Origin: an uncultured Nitrospiraceae bacterium
Lineage (GTDB): Bacteria; Nitrospirota; Thermodesulfovibrionia; Thermodesulfovibrionales; Dissulfurispiraceae
NCBI GenBank assembly: GCA_963727805.1
Contig: CAVSHF010000003.1
Span: 2,272,001-2,336,000, forward strand
DNA length: 64,000 nt
Direction of reading: 5' to 3'
The position numbers were made by a program, and so were the translations under genes. The notes under the pieces are model-generated. The model searched no databases. It had not been told where the DNA came from and worked only from the letters and a program-made list of their open reading frames with translations. Shown piece by piece: positions 8,401 through 16,832 of the stretch; position 1 is the stretch's first letter; each line of letters starts with the position of its first letter.

Positions 8401-11217
8401 GTTCCATTCGAGAAGCCGCCTATGAGTGATCAGGAGGCGCCAGGCAATGCGCACAATCGCATCCAGACTGAAAAACGCTTCGTATGGCATGCATACAAGC
8501 GTGAATATAGCTTGAACAAAATGCCGGCGAGCCGAGCTCACTGCGACAGCAAGGTGCTGCCCCAGAGTCACATCTACTGGCTTCTGAAGCACATTCATGG
8601 CCGAAACCATCAAAGAAGGAATCAGGATGATGCCGATCACCGCCAAGGTCCAGAACCAGGCCGACGGTAACACAGTCCAGCCCAACAGCAGCAGGAGTGT
8701 TAACGCCGCAGCCATCAGACTACGCCGCAGGTTGTCGAAGATCTTCCAGCGGGACAGCATCGAAAGAGGATTTTTCTGCAGGCGCGTATCGGGGCCGGGA
8801 ATACCCGGCAACATCCAGCGCGCAATTTGCCAATCGCCGCGAATCCAACGATGCCGACGGCTCACATCCGCGCTATAGCGAGATGGATATGCCTCGTACA
8901 ACTGTACATCGCTCAATAGCCCGGCACGGGCGTAGCACCCTTCCAGAAGATCGTGGCTAAGGATCCGGTTGTCAGGAAAGCGCCCATTGACTGCCCGTTC
9001 GAATGCATCAACCTCGTAGATGCCCTTGCCGATGAATGAGCCTTCACCGAATAAGTCCTGGTAAACATCGGAAACGGCGCGCGTATACGGATCGATGCCG
9101 AGCTCACTGGCACACATACGCGCATACCTCGACCTGTTCGTGCCGGACAGGCTCACCGCCACCCGTGGCTGAAGAATGCCATATCCCGCAACGACACGTT
9201 GCTGGAATTCATCGTAGCGCGCACGATTGAGTGGGTGCCCCATGGCGCCAACAAACTGCCACGCCGAATCGCGCGCCAGTTGCGTATCGGTATCCAGGGT
9301 AATCACGTACTTCACGTCCGACAAAATGGCGGTATTACCAACAACGCGTGCGAAGCGATCACTTGATACGCCGCGCAGAAGCCCATTCAGATCCGCAAGC
9401 TTACCGCGCTTGCGCTCATAACCCATCCAGATTCGGTCACGCGGATTCCATCGGCGCGGGCGATGAAACAGGAAGAAGGTATCACCTTCTGAACTACGGT
9501 ACTTTTTGTTCAGCTCTTCGATTCTCTGCTGGGCCAACCGCAAGAGCGGTTCGTCCTCTGGCAGCGTTTCTTCGATGGCGTCGCGAAAATCAGTGAGCAG
9601 ACCGAAGTGGAGGTGATCATCCCGATTTGCCAAAAAGCGGACTTCCAATGCCTCGATCAGGTCCTCGATGTTTTGAGTGCTCGTGAGCATCGTGGGGACC
9701 ACAACCAGAGTTCGCAATTCCTGCGGGATCCCTTTGGAGAAGTCCATGCGCGGCAGCGGGCGCGGCGTCGCCAGCAACGTTGCCAGCCAGTTCACCAAGG
9801 CTACCGCCAAATGACTGGCGCACAAAAGCGAGAGCAGTCCGAGCAGCCCGAGCGCCCAACCCTGCAACCCGCCGGCATGCGCCTCTGCCGCGAAGCCCCC
9901 GGCGAAAATCCCCGTCATCAGCAGGATGGTGCCGCCATACAGCAGCAAAGGAAACCGGTGGCTGACTTTGCGTAGAAGCTCAGCAGATGATACGCGCACC
10001 TCCGTTATTCGTTCCAGCTGCGCCAATCCCTCGTCGATCAGGTAGAACCCAACATGCGCCGCACGTTCGTCTCCGCCTTTCCGACTCGCTCCCTCATGCG
10101 CCAGATGGATCGCTTTGCGAGCCACCTCGCTCTCGGAATGCGGACTGCTCTTCGCAACCTTCTCAACGACGTGGCGGTAGCGATCACGGGTGGCAAAATC
10201 CATCTTGCCGTAAACACCGGCAGGATCCTCACCCAAGGTCTGCTCGACAGTGCTCATAGTCTCTACGAACTTGCGCCAATCCATCACGCCCAGGAAACGG
10301 AGGCTGCCGATGCTGTTGCTCATCGAGACCTGGTCCGCAGCCTGCTGTTGGGTCTCCGCGCGCACCAACTGTTCGATGGTCAAGCTTGCCTCGGATAGTC
10401 GCTGTTCAATCCATGTGAGCGGCAGTGCCAGAGCGGGACCCTGGCCTTGCAAGCGCCGCGTGAGCTCCGCAACAAACGAGCTCACCATCGGGGGGTTTGA
10501 CCGTGCCATATCGGCGATGACCAGAATTAAGCTTTTGGGGTCCTTCGTGGCGATCTCAGTCATCTGATCGGCCCAATAGTCGGCGCGGTTTCGATCGATC
10601 CTGTCGGCGGCGACCCGGGCGGCAACCCTCCGAAGATTTTCGATCAGGGCCAAGCGCAGCATGATGGGGATGGCCCAAAGCTCGCCCAATTTCAGGGTGG
10701 TCACCGACTGGTAGGCGGCGACGAAACTGCTGAGGCTTTCGGGATCAACACGTCCGTCGTTGTGCGAGATCGTCTCCAACGCGATGTCATAAACCCGCGG
10801 AAGCCCAGCCGATGGGCCATTCAGCAAACGCGGCAGCTCACGGCTATAACCCTTCGGCAAGTGTCGTTTAGCTGTTCGAATCTGTTCCTCAATCAAATAG
10901 AAGTTATCGAGCAACCATTCCCCGGCCGGAGTGATCCGGCGGTCTGCCTTGACAGCAGCGGTAAGCAGATAGCGGACTCCAAGCAGTACACCTTCATTTT
11001 CAGCCAGCCGCGTCAGAAGGCGGTCCCGAGGTCGTCCCGAGCTCAACTTATGCGAGTCCGCCAAGTCCTTGCCATGATGCTTCATCTGATCGGTGCTGAA
11101 CAACTCCGATCGGAGCGGTGGTTCGCTGGTGGCGTACTTATGTGCCGGGCCGTTTCCCTGGAGGCTTGCCCACAAATGGTGCAAGTTTCCGAGAATGGTT
11201 TTGTTGAGTTCTTTCAA
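2482..11217 (-). CDS. ndvB: Cyclic beta-1,2-glucan synthase (GT84 plus C-terminal GH94 phosphorylase domains)
   Basis: 2911 aa; EWLLDNFY, GYERKRGK, SHDLLEG, RRHRWIRGDWQ, YDLLASEAR, GFRDQLQD, GDWNDGMN, RENGGQYTH motifs. Confidence 0.92.
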   Translation of the reverse strand: MKELNKTILGNLHHLWASLQGNGPAHKYATSEPPLRSELFSTDQMKHHGKDLADSHKLSSGRPRDRLLTRLAENEGVLLGVRYLLTAAVKADRRITPAGEWLLDNFYLIEEQIRTAKRHLPKGYSRELPRLLNGPSAGLPRVYDIALETISHNDGRVDPESLSSFVAAYQSVTTLKLGELWAIPIMLRLALIENLRRVAARVAADRIDRNRADYWADQMTEIATKDPKSLILVIADMARSNPPMVSSFVAELTRRLQGQGPALALPLTWIEQRLSEASLTIEQLVRAETQQQAADQVSMSNSIGSLRFLGVMDWRKFVETMSTVEQTLGEDPAGVYGKMDFATRDRYRHVVEKVAKSSPHSESEVARKAIHLAHEGASRKGGDERAAHVGFYLIDEGLAQLERITEVRVSSAELLRKVSHRFPLLLYGGTILLMTGIFAGGFAAEAHAGGLQGWALGLLGLLSLLCASHLAVALVNWLATLLATPRPLPRMDFSKGIPQELRTLVVVPTMLTSTQNIEDLIEALEVRFLANRDDHLHFGLLTDFRDAIEETLPEDEPLLRLAQQRIEELNKKYRSSEGDTFFLFHRPRRWNPRDRIWMGYERKRGKLADLNGLLRGVSSDRFARVVGNTAILSDVKYVITLDTDTQLARDSAWQFVGAMGHPLNRARYDEFQQRVVAGYGILQPRVAVSLSGTNRSRYARMCASELGIDPYTRAVSDVYQDLFGEGSFIGKGIYEVDAFERAVNGRFPDNRILSHDLLEGCYARAGLLSDVQLYEAYPSRYSADVSRRHRWIRGDWQIARWMLPGIPGPDTRLQKNPLSMLSRWKIFDNLRRSLMAAALTLLLLLGWTVLPSAWFWTLAVIGIILIPSLMVSAMNVLQKPVDVTLGQHLAVAVSSARRHFVQAIFTLVCMPYEAFFSLDAIVRIAWRLLITHRRLLEWNPSSDPDRNSRTDLAGSCRTMWIAPVIAAAVALTLALLRPTALVVAGPILCLWFASPIIVWWISRPLARRRERLTEEQTLFLRKLSRKTWAFFETFIGLEDHWLPPDNYQEHPVAVIAHRTSPTNMGFALLANLSAYDFGYISAGQLIERTANALRTMEALERYRGHFYNWYDTQSLKPLLPLYISSVDSGNLAGHLLTLRPGLLGLADDNILGARLFSGLSDTWRILEDVAEGFSPAQLAQLQKELELAVSSHPATLAAARLCLDRLTAFATEVAASADAFDDGPESQLRWWAHSLVRQCHDAIDELMFLAPWTPLLFSQNRPQDFHGIDGIPTLSQLSTLEVELLPEIDHRLAMKITPEERAWLDELRPLIMKASYRAGARIAAIEELALQSNELARMEYDFLFDKAHRLLTIGYNVGEHRQDSSYYDLLASEARFSSFVAIAQGELPQDSWFALGRLLTTTGGEPILLSWSGSMFEYLMPLLVMPTYEHTLLDQTYKAAVASQIEYGRKSGAPWGISECGYNAIDVHLNYQYRAFGVPGLGLKRGLAEDLVIAPYASALALMVAPEKACLNLERLSAEGVEGKFGFYEAIDYTPSRLPRGQSSVVVRSFMTHHQGMSFLSLAYLLLGRPMQKRFEAEPSFQATMLLLQERVPKATAFYAHTTELSELHAATSGTETPVRVFSSPDTPVPEVQLLSNGRYHVMITNAGGGYSRWKDIAVTRWHEDTTCDSWGAFCYIRDVTSGRFWSTTYQPVLKQSKNFEAVFSEGRAEFRCRHDDFDAYTEVAVSSEDDIELRRITITNRARRRREIDVTSYAEVVLAPPAADALHPAFSNLFVQTEIIRRQRTILCTRRPRSIDEQSQWMFHLMAVHGVKVGEISYETDRMQFIGRGNTTANPQAMSESSDPSGALSGSQGSVLDPIVAIRYRITLDPEESATINIVSGIGETRDAALSLVEKYQDRRLADRVFDLAWTHSQVLLRQINATEADAQLYCRIAGSVIYPNSSLRADPSVLTKNRRGQSGLWGYAISGDLPIVLLQIEDPANIDMVRQLVQAHAYWRLKGLAVDLVIWNEDHAGYRQLLHDQIIGLIAAGIEANVTDRPGGIFVRPADQIAQEDRILFQAVARAIIADSRGSLADQITRGGVTEIQLPHLTPTRTYRSEPLAVAPLPRHDLAFYNGLGGFAPDGREYVITTTHEQLTPAPWVNVLANPHFGTILSESGLSYTWSENAHEFRLTPWYNDPVSDSSGEAFYIRDEERGHFWSPTPLPCRGGTLYVTRHGFGYSVFEHTERGICSELWVYVALDASIKFTVLKVRNESGRSRRLSATGYVEWVLGDLRQKSTMHVITEIDPNSGAIFARNPYNTEFRDRTVFFDVDDTTRTVSGDRTEFLGRNGTLRSPSAMTRTRLSGKVGAALDPCAAIQVPFELAAGQEREIIFRLGAGRDNDDARTLVKRFRGSAAARAALDVVWQHWTHTLGAVQVETPDQSVNVLANGWLLYQTLACRLWARSGYYQSGGAFGFRDQLQDVMALIHSEPRLVRDHILLCAAHQYSEGDVQHWWHPPSGRGVRTHCSDDFLWLPLAVCRYVLMTGDTWVLDERVRFIEGRPLNKDEDSYYDLPHASEEMASLYDHCVHAIMKGINLGAHGLPLIGSGDWNDGMNIVGKDGKGESVWLGFFFYAVLMQFSEIARLHGDVSFVERCMQQAAQLRQNIEDNGWDGEWYRRAYFDDGSPLGSATNAECQIDSIAQSWSVLSGAGNAKRSAMAMEAVDKRLVRREHALIQLLDPPFDKSDLNPGYIKGYVPGVRENGGQYTHGAIWAAMAFAALGDSRRAWELLAMINPVNHARSKEEVMTYKVEPYVVAADVYAVSPHIGRGGWTWYTGSAGWMYQLIIESILGLRLEVDKLRFTSCLPEAWESFKVHYRFRESIYHITVLQTHDGNAETRVTVDGVEQDEKAIPLVDDRQEHTVDVRIAMR

Positions 11218-11598
11218 TGGTGAAGGCTCCTTATCTTAGAAGCGAAATCTCACAGAACCAGATCGCAACTGTGGGACGGGTTATGGGGTAATGTCGGACT
11301 AGCCCTCTCGTATGATCTAACTTAGTGTTTCTCAATCAATCGGCAGGGCAGACATCAATTTGCTGCATATCTATTATACCACAGCATATTGATATCGCTG
11401 TATTAATGTGGCGGACTTTTTCCCTTAGCCGCCCTGTTTCTGGATTGAATAACATTTTGGGCTTCTCACGCCAATTTGTCCACCCTATGAGGACGTAAAA
11501 GACCATCAGCAGCAGTTATTGTCTTCAGCATTTTCGGCGCCTCTGCCTAGTCGCCTAGAGTCTAGCGCTTATGAGTCGTGCTTAAGGTCTGGTTCGTA

Positions 11599-12357
11599 TC
11601 AGATGGACTTCGGAGCCTTTGTTCTCAAATAGCGTGAGCCCGTCCAAATAAGAACGGCTGCGAAGATAATCCTGAGTGCACCCTCCGAGAGGACAAGTGC
11701 GAGGCTTCCTCCGAAATAAGTGCCAACAAGAATGCCCGGAATCAGCCCCGCAAGAAGTTTGGTCACAACATTGCCGAGCTTGTAGTGTGCTTGAGCCCCC
11801 ACAGCTCCTGCGGGAACCATTGCGAGGAGGGAACTTCCCTGGGCTATATGCTGGCCCATGCCTGCCAATAAGACCATTGCAGGCACCATTATTGTTCCAC
11901 CCCCTACTCCCATCATTCCGGAAAGAAAGCCCGTAAAAACCCCGGTTAACAGGAGCACAACGATCTTAGGCCACCCCGATGAAACAGGATGCGAGATATC
12001 GGCAAGATAGGGCTTAAACAAGAGAAGAATAGAGACAAAGATGAGAAAGCCGCCAAAAGACCGCTTGAGTTTCCATTCTGGCAGCGCATGGGCGAAATGG
12101 GCGCCGAAACGGGCCGTGAATATGGCGGTTACAGCTAGGAGCGCTGAGGCCGTCAGGTCGACCGAGCCCTTGATAGCATATGTGATCGCCCCTGCAATGC
12201 CTGTAAAGACTAGGGCGACAAGGCTTGTCCCGTGGGCTTGGTGCTGGGTCATTCTAAGCACCCCGACCATCAGCGGGATCATCACTACTCCACCGCCAAG
12301 CCCGACCAGACCCCCGAATATACCGGCGACAAGACCGATTAAAAAATTCATCTGCAT
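11599..12357 (-). CDS. Sulfite exporter TauE/SafE (TSUP) family membrane protein
   Basis: Duplicated GLVGLGGG / GMMGVGGG and AHGTSL / AQGSSL motifs; hydrophobic 252 aa. Confidence 0.88.
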   Translation of the reverse strand: MQMNFLIGLVAGIFGGLVGLGGGVVMIPLMVGVLRMTQHQAHGTSLVALVFTGIAGAITYAIKGSVDLTASALLAVTAIFTARFGAHFAHALPEWKLKRSFGGFLIFVSILLLFKPYLADISHPVSSGWPKIVVLLLTGVFTGFLSGMMGVGGGTIMVPAMVLLAGMGQHIAQGSSLLAMVPAGAVGAQAHYKLGNVVTKLLAGLIPGILVGTYFGGSLALVLSEGALRIIFAAVLIWTGSRYLRTKAPKSI

Positions 12358-12438
12358 ATGTTATCCGAAACGAAATTAATTGATACTACTTTATAAGGGA
12401 GCAGCTTTGTGGGAACGGACATGTTCATCGGCGCGGGT

Positions 12439-14106
12439 TCATTCGCCGCCAGTCCGAGCCATGCTCAGTGCCTGTCCGATAGCGGGGATAAAATCCTTCT
12501 TACGCGAAAGCACCTTTGGCAGGATGCACGTGTCGTCTTTGACTGTTACGCCGAATGCCTTCTCAACGACCCATGTTTCCCCTTTCAGGAGAACGCGCTC
12601 CTGCTTTGAGCTCAGCGGATTCGTCACCAGTAAGGCCGTCAGATCATACCCACTTGTTACCCTTATGCGCTCAAGCTCATCGAGAAGTTCCGCTTCCCTT
12701 AGGTCGATCTGCTCGCAGTCCAGTACCATCATCTGGCTTACACCGAGTTTTTTCCCGCCGATCAGGAACTCCTTGAAGTCCGCTTCGATGAGCTCCGCAG
12801 AACTCTTTCCTTCTATATTGATGCTTGCATGGAGGAGTTCTTTGCCATATGAGTTGATGGAAACGCTGGCAAGCTCAGCAAGACGCTCTGCCATCCTGTG
12901 GTCCCGGTCGGTTGTGGTCGAAAGGGTGAGAATCAGGGTATCTGAAAGGATGCCCGAAAGGAGTAATCCGGCAATCTCTGGAGGTATCCTCACCTGGTGT
13001 AGGAACATGGTACCGGCCACTACGGTACAGGTGCTCCCGACGGGATCGTTGTAAACGAAAATAGGGGCTACAGTTGAGATGTCGCCTACCCGGTGGTGAT
13101 CGATGATTTCGAGTATTTCAGCATCTTCTATGCCGTCTATTGCTTGCGATATCTCGTTGTGGTCGACAAGGATCGCTCGTTTCCGCACGGGATCGAGCAG
13201 GTCAGTCCGTGTGATGAACCCGATGAGCCGATTTTCGCTGTCTACTGCAATCGCGGAACGATACTCCGATTCGCGTATCCTTTTGCGGAGGCTCGCGATA
13301 TGTGTGAAAAGTCCTACCGTCGGATAGTCAATACTCATGATGGATCCGACCGGTTCGGACATGGTTAAAAGCTGCAGTGTCCCGAATGCATTATGGGGCG
13401 AAGAACAGATGAGAGTTCCCCTTTCTTGGGCTGACAAAATTATGTCCTTATCCACCGGCAGCCCATCGGTGATAATTAGAGCCGAGCAGTCCGCATGGAT
13501 GAGTTCCATCTGGATGTCCTGCTGGTCGCCTATGATGACAACTGCCCCAGGGGTGACCATGTTCAGTATCGTCCCTTTCTGCATCGCGGCGACAAATACC
13601 TTTCCTGACAGGGAAGTGACATCTCTACTGTTGCTGATCACCCTGCAGTCAAGCGTTTTAACAAGGATATCTACCCCGATTGGGGACTTCGACAGATCAG
13701 AGAAGCCGACACTGTCTATATAGTGCCGCGCTATGTCTTTGAGCCCCACTAGCCCGGACAGGCGGTCCTGATCGTCAACAACAGGGACAGCACGTACGCC
13801 CTGATCTTTCATGAGCTGGGCCAGTGCCTGTATCGATTCACGAGAATGTATGAAAACAGGCTTCTTCATTTCGAGGTCACTTACTGTTGGGGTGAGGCTC
13901 TCGATTTCGTTGGGGATCGGTACCCCGAACCGTTCGAGCACAAACCGGGTTTCTTCGTTAAGCTTCCCTGCCCGTGCAGGTGTAAAGAGAAAGCGCTTGT
14001 CCGTGAGATTCTTGAAATGCGAATAGCCTATGGCGGAACAGACGGAATCAGTATCAGGATTCTTGTGTCCTACGACATAAACGATTTTTGTACGTTCAGC
14101 GCCCAT
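12439..14106 (-). CDS. ppaC: Mn-dependent family II inorganic pyrophosphatase with CBS-DRTGG insert
   Basis: GHKNPDTDS, DHN, IIDHH, SDT and C-terminal SRKK motifs with CBS and DRTGG-like insert. Confidence 0.9.
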   Translation of the reverse strand: MGAERTKIVYVVGHKNPDTDSVCSAIGYSHFKNLTDKRFLFTPARAGKLNEETRFVLERFGVPIPNEIESLTPTVSDLEMKKPVFIHSRESIQALAQLMKDQGVRAVPVVDDQDRLSGLVGLKDIARHYIDSVGFSDLSKSPIGVDILVKTLDCRVISNSRDVTSLSGKVFVAAMQKGTILNMVTPGAVVIIGDQQDIQMELIHADCSALIITDGLPVDKDIILSAQERGTLICSSPHNAFGTLQLLTMSEPVGSIMSIDYPTVGLFTHIASLRKRIRESEYRSAIAVDSENRLIGFITRTDLLDPVRKRAILVDHNEISQAIDGIEDAEILEIIDHHRVGDISTVAPIFVYNDPVGSTCTVVAGTMFLHQVRIPPEIAGLLLSGILSDTLILTLSTTTDRDHRMAERLAELASVSINSYGKELLHASINIEGKSSAELIEADFKEFLIGGKKLGVSQMMVLDCEQIDLREAELLDELERIRVTSGYDLTALLVTNPLSSKQERVLLKGETWVVEKAFGVTVKDDTCILPKVLSRKKDFIPAIGQALSMARTGGE

Positions 14107-14300
14107 TTCAGCCCTTGCAGATATAAGAGATGTAAAAATTCTGCCTCAGCAGCGCAGATTATTAATGTACCCATTAATCATCTATTCGTCAAGCGTGCTC
14201 ATCCATCCTTGCTCATCCATCCTGGTCTGCACGATTCTGTACGATAAAGTCATCGGTGATGCGGGTAGTTTGTAAAGATGAACAGATCATTCATGAAAAT

Positions 14301-14329
14301 TTGAAAAACCAACCGTTATGCTGTATAAA
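14301..14329 (+). promoter_or_regulatory. Putative sigma70 promoter
   Basis: TTGAAA-17 nt-TATAAA upstream of the ORF at 14441. Confidence 0.55.
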
Positions 14330-14440
14330 TTAATTAGAGATACATGTAGAATACTATTTCATAGGGAAAGTGGTCCGCCAGCTGTTTAAGATCACTCAAG
14401 AGTGCACTCAAAACGTCGCATTAATGAACGGAGGTCTGAA

Positions 14441-14752
14441 ATGTGGTACATAGCTACCTATGACGCAAAAGAAGATGTAATGCGAACCGAAATTTATCAA
14501 GAAAGAGCAGCATGGCTGAAGAATAAGGCGAAGGTATTTGAGAAGAAATGCAAAACAATTAAACGGTATGAAGTCATAGGGAGTTCCCCCGTGAAGGTCT
14601 TTTTCCTTATAGAGACGGATGATCCGAGAACATTGAATATACTGTCCAATCATTTTGGAGATGCTTGGTACTCGGAGACTTTTCCGGTAATCGAGCGTGG
14701 GATAGCCGAGGCATTGAAGGAAGATACAGCAGGGACTACCACAGCTAAATAG
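14441..14752 (+). CDS. Small hypothetical protein (possibly DUF3303-like)
   Basis: GGAGG RBS before ATG 14441, own promoter and downstream hairpin. Confidence 0.65.
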   Translation: MWYIATYDAKEDVMRTEIYQERAAWLKNKAKVFEKKCKTIKRYEVIGSSPVKVFFLIETDDPRTLNILSNHFGDAWYSETFPVIERGIAEALKEDTAGTTTAK

Positions 14753-14761
14753 AGACCATGA

Positions 14762-14788
14762 ACCACTCCGGACTGAGACCGGAGTGGT
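14762..14788. terminator. Hairpin between convergent genes
   Basis: ACCACTCCGG-7 nt-CCGGAGTGGT. Confidence 0.6.
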
Positions 14789-14863
14789 AACATAATCAAA
14801 TGGTTCTAAATTTTCTGCGTGGCTTCAGACTACTTTTTATGGCTCAAGGAGAGACTGCTTTTC

Positions 14864-15379
14864 TTAAGCAATCGCTCGACGGATAACGGCAATAGCATCT
14901 TCAACAGAAGTATTGTCAGTTTCAATAACTATTTCAGGATTTAAGGGTACCTCGTAGAGAGCGGTAATTCCGGGGACAGGCCAGCCTTCTCCCCCTTTTT
15001 TATAAATATTTTTTGGTGCGCTGCGGGTATCTTTCCTTATTGCCTCGCGCTGCTGGCATGTTTCTATGGGGCACTTCAGATACACTTCCATGTAATGGGG
15101 GATGATTTCGCGTGCCAAATCGCGCCACAGCCTGAGGTTGCCTGTGGCATCAATCAGTACATCATGCCCGAGTTCGGCAAGGACTTTGGCGAGAGAGACG
15201 ATAGATCGGTAAACGATATCTCGTTCCACCTCGGAATAAGTCGGTTGGGGCGTAATGATCTTTCTCAGATCGTCCATCCTGAGGAGTGTAAAATCAGGAT
15301 GCGCTTTCTTGATGGCATCGGCAATTGTGCTCTTGCCGCTTCCGGGAAGGCCCGTGATCCATAGGACAAGCCCACTCAT
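14864..15379 (-). CDS. Adenylyl-sulfate kinase-like P-loop kinase
   Basis: VLWITGLPGSGKST Walker A, EVYLKCP, and PG..Y..P motif; likely start MSGLVL at 15379. Confidence 0.8.
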   Translation of the reverse strand: MSGLVLWITGLPGSGKSTIADAIKKAHPDFTLLRMDDLRKIITPQPTYSEVERDIVYRSIVSLAKVLAELGHDVLIDATGNLRLWRDLAREIIPHYMEVYLKCPIETCQQREAIRKDTRSAPKNIYKKGGEGWPVPGITALYEVPLNPEIVIETDNTSVEDAIAVIRRAIA

Positions 15380-15602
15380 ATATAAAGCATAGCATCTTTT
15401 CAGCCGAACGCAGAGCCCACACTCAAGAACACAGACCAAGAGAATTTCTTTTTTCCTGTTTTTACATGCTCTGAGTGCTATCTATCCCTATTCGTCTAAG
15501 CTACTGAATATTTTCTTAAATATCAGGAAGGACAATAAAAAAAGGGGAGAATTTCTTGCTGTACGGTAAATTTTTTCTGAGCTCATACATTATTGCAGGT
15601 AT

Positions 15603-16817
15603 CTATTTCTCTTCTGCTGACTTGATGCACTCGACGGTCTGCTGAGCGATCTCAAGTTCCTCGTTAGTCGGGATGACCATAACCTTCACTCTGGCACCTG
15701 CTGTGGATATCTCGCGCAAGGATAGCAACGGGGCCGAGTTCTTTGCCGGGTCCATAATGATCCCCATTGCTTCTAAGCCGGAGCAGCATTGCTCGCGGAT
15801 CTCAACCGCGTTTTCGCCTATTCCGCCGGTAAAAATAATGGCGTCAACACTCCCGATCACTGCATAGAATTCGCCGATATATTTTCTGATTCGGTAGCAG
15901 AACATATCAATTGCAAGCCTGGCGTTCAGGTTGCCGCCTGCCGCAAGGCGTTCTACCTCGCGCATATCGTTTGCTCCGCAAATGCCCTTTAGTCCGCTCT
16001 GCGTGTTGAGGATGTTTTCAATCTCATTGAACGACTTGCCGAGGTTTCTGGCGAGATAGAAGGGGATTGCAGGATCAAGATCGCCACAACGTGTTCCCAT
16101 CACAAGACCTTCAAGAGGCGTCATTCCCATCGAAGTATCGACACTCTCACCGCCCTTGATGGCAGCGGCGCTCCCTCCGTTGCCCAGATGCAGGGTAATC
16201 AAGTTACATTCGCTAAGCGCCTTGCCGAGATAGGCAGCGCACTGCTTTGCGACGTACCGGTGAGAGGTCCCATGAAAGCCGTACCGACGCACGCGCAGCT
16301 CCTTGTAAAAAGTATAGGGAAGTGCATAGTGGTAGGCATGGGGAGGCATCGTCTGATGGAAGGCTGTGTCAAACACCGCAACTTGCGGAACGTTGGGACA
16401 GATGTGGCGTGAAACCTCGATCCCCATCAGGTTTGCAGGATTATGCAGCGGCGCAAGCGGGATCATCTCACGGATGGCATCGACGACCTTATCGACAATC
16501 AGGGCCGGTTTCCAGAAAGTCTCACCGCCATGGACAACGCGATGCCCGATCCCAGAAAGCTCATCTAGAGTATGAATGACGCCGAGCTTCAAGGTAATAT
16601 CGAGAATGAGTCTGAGGCCCTCATTGTGGTCTGCAACACGGCCTTCGGCAATTGCCTCCCTGGTATCACCGTTCCCGTCAAGCCATTTGTACTTAAGGCG
16701 GCCCGATGCCTCGCCGATCTGTTCGAGCAGGCCTGTTGTCAGGACCGAGCGATTATTCATGTTGAATATCTGATACTTGATCGATGAACTACCAGAATTA
16801 AGGACTAATATTTTCAT
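15603..16817 (-). CDS. ackA: Acetate kinase
   Basis: MKILVLNSGSSS, GHRVVHGG, PLHNP, FDTAFH, YGFHGTSH, HLGNG, TNEEL. Confidence 0.97.
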   Translation of the reverse strand: MKILVLNSGSSSIKYQIFNMNNRSVLTTGLLEQIGEASGRLKYKWLDGNGDTREAIAEGRVADHNEGLRLILDITLKLGVIHTLDELSGIGHRVVHGGETFWKPALIVDKVVDAIREMIPLAPLHNPANLMGIEVSRHICPNVPQVAVFDTAFHQTMPPHAYHYALPYTFYKELRVRRYGFHGTSHRYVAKQCAAYLGKALSECNLITLHLGNGGSAAAIKGGESVDTSMGMTPLEGLVMGTRCGDLDPAIPFYLARNLGKSFNEIENILNTQSGLKGICGANDMREVERLAAGGNLNARLAIDMFCYRIRKYIGEFYAVIGSVDAIIFTGGIGENAVEIREQCCSGLEAMGIIMDPAKNSAPLLSLREISTAGARVKVMVIPTNEELEIAQQTVECIKSAEEK

Positions 16818-16832
16818 ACGTGCTCGTCCCGC

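Noticed and set aside
2512..11223. Many plus-strand ORFs within ndvB (and similar shadows over other genes)
   Set aside because: Antisense or alternate-frame shadows of long coding genes
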